Origin: an uncultured virus (IMG/VR IMGVR_UViG_3300032177_000007)
Taxonomy: Duplodnaviria; Heunggongvirae; Uroviricota; Caudoviricetes
Strand: one strand, 5' to 3'
IMG/VR virus record: IMGVR_UViG_3300032177_000007
DNA length: 20,000 nucleotides
The notes beneath the pieces are model-generated. The model had not been told where the DNA came from and searched no databases. It was given only the letters and a program-made list of their open reading frames with translations. Positions 16,385-20,000 of the stretch are shown in pieces. Every line of letters begins with the position of its first letter. The first letter of the stretch is position 1. The position numbers and the translations under genes are program-made.

Positions 16385-16859
16385 TACAATCTCCAGCCCC
16401 CTTGAACTCTGGAATAGGTGGCGCACATATTATCAGCAACCGAGCCTGAGAACTGGGGATAACACTGTGAGTTATCCCAGCTTCAACCCAACACGAAGAA
16501 AATGGTCTATCTAACAGATCTGAAGTGGTTCGACTTCCGACCTGAGAACGAATTTCTACTGATCCCTCTAACAAAATAAAGACTTCATGTTGAATGTGAG
16601 AATGACAAGACATTTCTTGACAACTTTCATCTTTTGTCCATACTTCCAAAATTTGGTAATTGCCATCATTATAAAGTTCGATCCATGCCCAACTTCCTGT
16701 AGACTGGAAATCTTTTGAGATTGTAATTATTTGGGATAGTTCCTTATCTACCAGCGAATTCAGAAGAGCGATAGCTGTGATACTATCTTTTCTACGACTC
16801 TGAAAAGGTTCGTCTAAACTGATGAAAGAAGCCTCTTTTTGTTTTGGTTTGAGAAGCAT
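16374..16859 (-). CDS. Cupin-domain protein
   Basis: Motif 1 HSHIQHEVFILLEG and motif 2 VEAGITHSV (metal ligands H-x-H-x3-E ... H); AAGGA RBS. Confidence 0.85.
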   Translation of the reverse strand: MLLKPKQKEASFISLDEPFQSRRKDSITAIALLNSLVDKELSQIITISKDFQSTGSWAWIELYNDGNYQILEVWTKDESCQEMSCHSHIQHEVFILLEGSVEIRSQVGSRTTSDLLDRPFSSCWVEAGITHSVIPSSQARLLIICAPPIPEFKGAGDCSGT

Positions 16860-16875
16860 GCTCTTATTCCTTTTA

Positions 16876-17199
16876 TTATATAGTTAATGCAATAAGGCCT
16901 CCAAGTGCCATACGCGTATCAGTACTCAAATCTTTTACAATAATATATCCACTATAAGTAACTGGAACATTTATAGCAGAGATAGCATCTCGGGCTTCTG
17001 TTACAAGATAAATAGGATTGAAAGTCATTGAAGCAATTCCCCTTGCAGCTCCTGAATGTACGACACTTACTTTTCCTCCGTCTACGAAATCGGCTGCAGC
17101 AATACCTATATATTGTAAACGTCCAACCCCTACTTCTAGTCCTGAAACCTTAAGTGTAGCTGCAACTCCACAAAGATCTAGCCTTCTTGTTGTGATGAT
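16876..17199 (-). CDS. Probable ~107-aa beta-rich protein with no canonical start (ATC start, readthrough or damaged ATG)
   Basis: Open frame 17202-16876 (LIITTRRLDLCGVAATLKVSGLEVGVGRLQYIG...MALGGLIALTI, then TAA TAA) exactly fills the gap between genes; first in-frame ATG is at 17028. Confidence 0.6.
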   Translation of the reverse strand: MITTRRLDLCGVAATLKVSGLEVGVGRLQYIGIAAADFVDGGKVSVVHSGAARGIASMTFNPIYLVTEARDAISAINVPVTYSGYIIVKDLSTDTRMALGGLIALTI

Positions 17200-17202
17200 T
17201 AA

Positions 17203-17451
17203 CTATTTTTTTTTGTTTTTATCAGGAGATGCCTCAGGCTGTATTTGCTTATGTTTTTCTATCATTTCCAATGCGGCCTTGAACCCTTGCAATCGATAAA
17301 TTTCTGCTTCAAGCTGCTGAATACGCCCATCAAGTTCCTGAATTGTTGGAACTTTTTCAGGTTCTGGCTTTGGTAAATTTGCATCTTCTGCTAATACAAT
17401 ACTCGACCATAAACAAAATAGAGTACAAAAGATAATTACTAATCTTGTCAT
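17203..17451 (-). CDS. Small secreted or membrane-anchored coiled-coil protein (82 aa)
   Basis: ATG at 17451 after TAAGGAG RBS is preferred over the track start at 17490. Signal-peptide-like MTRLVIIFCTLFCLWSSIVLA-ED, then heptads IQELDGRIQQLEAEIYRLQG. Confidence 0.8.
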   Translation of the reverse strand: MTRLVIIFCTLFCLWSSIVLAEDANLPKPEPEKVPTIQELDGRIQQLEAEIYRLQGFKAALEMIEKHKQIQPEASPDKNKKK

Positions 17452-17462
17452 GTCTCTTCTCC

Positions 17463-20000
17463 TTATGGTGGCGGCCACGCGGTTGTCCATGCAGGGAAAT
17501 AGTAGTCGGACCCGTTGATGTTAATGCGTATCCATATCGAGTTGTCGGCGTTCCTCGTGTTTGCCATTTTGATGGTACCAGTCCCGCTGCTCATATATGT
17601 CGTTCCGGCAGCGTCGTCGATTCTCAAGATGTCTGTTTGCGTTGTCCCGACAACATCTAATGGTGAATTAGGAGTAGTTGTACCAATACCCATATTACCA
17701 GCAGCAGTGATGGTTGCTCTAACCGCAGTGGTTACCCCACTATAAAATTGTAAATTGGTCGAATTTGCAGGAATATATACAGACCAAACCTTATCCCCTG
17801 CCTTCCTTAATTCAAACTGTGTTGTATAACCAGTTGGAGCTTCACAAGCTATAACTGTATCAATATCGCTTTTAACATGCAATCTTGCATTAGCAATTGG
17901 AGTAGTTGTACCAATACCCATATTACCAGCAGCAGTGATGGTTACTCTATCCTCAGTATTAAAAAATCGTAAATCGGTCGAATTTGCCTGAGTTTCTATA
18001 GACCATGCTTTTACACCAGATTTAAAAAGTTGATACCCCGCTGTATAACCAGTTGGAGCTTCACAAACTATAACTGTATGATCATCGCTTTTAACATGTA
18101 ATCTTGCATATTGTATTGGAGTAGTTGTACCAATACCCATATTACCAGCAGCAGTGATGGTTGCTCTAACCGCAGTATTATCAAATTGTAAATCGGTCGA
18201 ATTTGCAGGAGAGAGCATAGACCAAACCTTAGCCCCTGCCTTCATTAATTCAAACTGTGCTGTATAACCAGTTGGAGCTTCACAAACTATAAGTGTATGA
18301 TCATCGCTTTTAACATGTAATCTTGCATATTGTGTTGGAGTAGTTGTACCAATACCCATATTATTTGCAAAGTAGAAAGCATTTTCATCTTCCATCCACT
18401 TGAGTAACCCGGAGTTGGTCGTTCCCATAAAGTTGAAAGTCAGGTCTGTATCGGCAGGAGGAGTGAACGTAACAACTCCTGTACCACCAACCCGGAAGAC
18501 CTCCTGGGATAACCCAGTACCAAGTCTTGCCCAGAATTCTAGATGCCCGTAACTGAAGGACCCCGGGTTGTCGATAACGTACTGGATCCTTGGGTCCTTC
18601 GTTGGATCTGCGGTTTGAAGCCATGTAATCCCACCAAGACTCGATGGGAGCGTATTGTTACCCCCACTCAACCCTGCACGGATCCCAATGGTATCATGAA
18701 CTGCAACTCCAAACGCAAACGGATCCGAAACTACCAAAGAAATTGCGGGTGGAGCCCAAGCACTTATACCGATAAGGACTTGATCTTCGAAGACGAAAGC
18801 ATTTTCATCTTCCATCCATTTGAGTATCCCGGAGTAGGTAGTACCTGTAAAATTGAATGTAGTATCAATATTTGCTGATTGTGGGGCAAATGTAAACTGT
18901 CCATCAGCTGGCGAAGTAATATTAGCTAAAGTTACTTCTGCACTACGTAAACTAAAACCACCTGCTGTAATAACATAATTTCCAGCATTCCATGCACCAG
19001 TAAGCGGACGAGTACCATTAGCTAAAAGATACTGACTTCCTGTGGAACTATCTACATAAGTTTTAACAGCTTTTTCTGTAGGCAATGCTAAGTCAGAATT
19101 ACCACCCAAAGTACCATCAGTTGAGAATTCATTAATACCTGTTCCATAATATAAAGAAACTTGAGCATTATGACCAACCTTTAATGAAGGAGTATCATCA
19201 GCATAATTAGCAAGAATATATAACCGAGGAACATTCTCAGCCAACATATAATTACAAGTTGGAGATACTCCAGGATTAGAAGTTGTGGAAAATCTAACCC
19301 AATAACGATTATATGTATTAACAGTAGTTAATTCCCAATTAGTAGGAGCAGTAAACGTAATTGCTCCTGATTGTGTTAAGTTAGAAGTACCATCAGTAAC
19401 AGAAAGGGCCGTCCATATAGAACCATTCCAATATTCTTTAACTAAAGTTACCCCAGCCCCAATAGTAGCAAGATCAAAATATACAGTAGTAAATTGTCCA
19501 TTTGTAGTCGCAATACCACTAACATAAAGATAATCATCATTATCACTAAGGATAATAAAAGGTGTCCCAAATGTAGTCTTACTTTCAGCACTTCTACTAG
19601 TAAATGTTGATCCATTATAATAATAAACAAAATCAAAAACAACCTGTGAACGCACATAGAAAGTAGAGATAGACTGTTGATCTGAACCTATTCCTACACG
19701 ACCCCAATCAGAAAGAGACCAATTAATCGATCGAGTAGTAGCACCAGGGGCCGTAGTAGCCATACAAATTTTAGTTGGATATTGTTTTAATCCAAAATCC
19801 CCAGATGCTACAAATTGTTCAACTGCACTATTATCTCCCGTCCAAGCACTACCATTATAACCTTCTCCACCAAAGGAAAAAATAACATCGCCCGAGAGAG
19901 AAGAAGAAGGAGAAGCTAAAGAACCTCTAGCACGTTGAGAAACAATCGCATTACCTTGACTACTCGCTACATAACTACGAATTAATGGACTAGATAATCC
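17463..20000 (-). CDS. Tail-fibre-like protein (5' end outside window, at least 845 aa)
   Basis: The frame stays open upstream of the track's ATG 19763 to position 20000 (GLSSPLIRSYVASSQGNAIVSQRARGSLASP...GDVIFSFGGEGYNG...). GRVGIG and NMGIGTTTP repeats and the INEFSTDGTL...PTEKAVKTYVD motif are typical of phage fibres. Confidence 0.85.
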   Translation of the reverse strand, partial: GLSSPLIRSYVASSQGNAIVSQRARGSLASPSSSLSGDVIFSFGGEGYNGSAWTGDNSAVEQFVASGDFGLKQYPTKICMATTAPGATTRSINWSLSDWGRVGIGSDQQSISTFYVRSQVVFDFVYYYNGSTFTSRSAESKTTFGTPFIILSDNDDYLYVSGIATTNGQFTTVYFDLATIGAGVTLVKEYWNGSIWTALSVTDGTSNLTQSGAITFTAPTNWELTTVNTYNRYWVRFSTTSNPGVSPTCNYMLAENVPRLYILANYADDTPSLKVGHNAQVSLYYGTGINEFSTDGTLGGNSDLALPTEKAVKTYVDSSTGSQYLLANGTRPLTGAWNAGNYVITAGGFSLRSAEVTLANITSPADGQFTFAPQSANIDTTFNFTGTTYSGILKWMEDENAFVFEDQVLIGISAWAPPAISLVVSDPFAFGVAVHDTIGIRAGLSGGNNTLPSSLGGITWLQTADPTKDPRIQYVIDNPGSFSYGHLEFWARLGTGLSQEVFRVGGTGVVTFTPPADTDLTFNFMGTTNSGLLKWMEDENAFYFANNMGIGTTTPTQYARLHVKSDDHTLIVCEAPTGYTAQFELMKAGAKVWSMLSPANSTDLQFDNTAVRATITAAGNMGIGTTTPIQYARLHVKSDDHTVIVCEAPTGYTAGYQLFKSGVKAWSIETQANSTDLRFFNTEDRVTITAAGNMGIGTTTPIANARLHVKSDIDTVIACEAPTGYTTQFELRKAGDKVWSVYIPANSTNLQFYSGVTTAVRATITAAGNMGIGTTTPNSPLDVVGTTQTDILRIDDAAGTTYMSSGTGTIKMANTRNADNSIWIRININGSDYYFPAWTTAWPPP
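17671..18363 (-). repeat. Three tandem 219-228-bp coding repeats plus a partial fourth in the fibre gene
   Basis: GGAGTAGTTGTACCAATACCCATATTA starts at 17671, 17899, 18118 and 18337 (periods 228, 219, 219). Confidence 0.95.
18375..18835 (-). repeat. 41-bp direct repeat (39/41 identical) 420 bp apart, encoding SG(I/L)LKWMEDENAF
   Basis: Copies at 18375-18415 and 18795-18835. Confidence 0.9.

Larger units (their letters stand above)
1..20000 (-). mobile_element. Tailed phage (or prophage) genome segment: tail/adhesin genes plus sigma factor, dUTPase and phage metallopeptidase
   Basis: All genes are co-directional and tightly packed or overlapping. The window has tail-fibre motifs (GIGTTTP, INEFSTDGTLGGNSDLALPTEKAVKTYVD), a phage-type metallopeptidase, dUTPase and a compact sigma factor, but no cellular housekeeping operon. 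No integrase or att site is visible, so free phage versus prophage is unresolved. Confidence 0.85.

Noticed and set aside
17671..18363. Diversity-generating retroelement (TR/VR pairs) explaining the variable repeats
   Set aside because: Many variable codons end in T as AAT-derived codons would, but numerous adenines, including silent third positions (ACA, GCA, AGA), are invariant. All copies are in-frame coding and no reverse transcriptase is in the window. One elsewhere in the genome cannot be excluded.
9567..19657. Remaining plus-strand and nested minus-strand track ORFs (e.g. 14436-14840, 14572-14883, 16155-16514, 17018-17299, 18543-18878, 14858-15040)
   Set aside because: They overlap better-supported minus-strand genes; the cluster at 14436-14883 is expected from locally high GC. 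The 14858-15040 ORF lacks an RBS and conflicts with the SD-supported sORF.
19761..19763. ATG 19763 as the start of the fibre gene
   Set aside because: No RBS, and the frame continues with fibre-like sequence to the window edge.
1..20000. Genome-wide stop-codon reassignment (TAG or TGA) as the reason for the apparent ORF desert at 1-9008
   Set aside because: The giant frame reads without stops under the standard code, and TAG and TGA end genes at sensible junctions (14442, 16374, 13858, 9016).

Overview
Gene-dense, mostly AT-rich segment of a tailed bacteriophage (or prophage), with every credible gene on the minus strand and frequent start/stop overlaps. In transcription order (right to left) it holds: a mosaic tail-fibre-like gene open at the right edge; a signal-peptide coiled-coil gene; an in-frame start-less ORF behind its TAG; a cupin; a coiled-coil/TM holin-like gene; a Cys-rich unknown; a regulatory gap; a 32-aa sORF; a GC-rich basic gene; dUTPase; two unknowns; a phage metallopeptidase; a sigma-70-family factor; an HTH protein; a small beta-rich protein; an RCC1 beta-propeller protein; and a giant gene of more than 3000 aa (9008 to the left edge) that the ORF track missed because it has no stop in the window. 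The main finding is the giant protein's architecture. About 25 copies of a ~65-75-aa beta-module are recursively inserted inside one another and into the loops of a beta-propeller, which predicts a branched, tree-like single-chain fibre. All protein calls come from motif recognition by eye; no searches were run.
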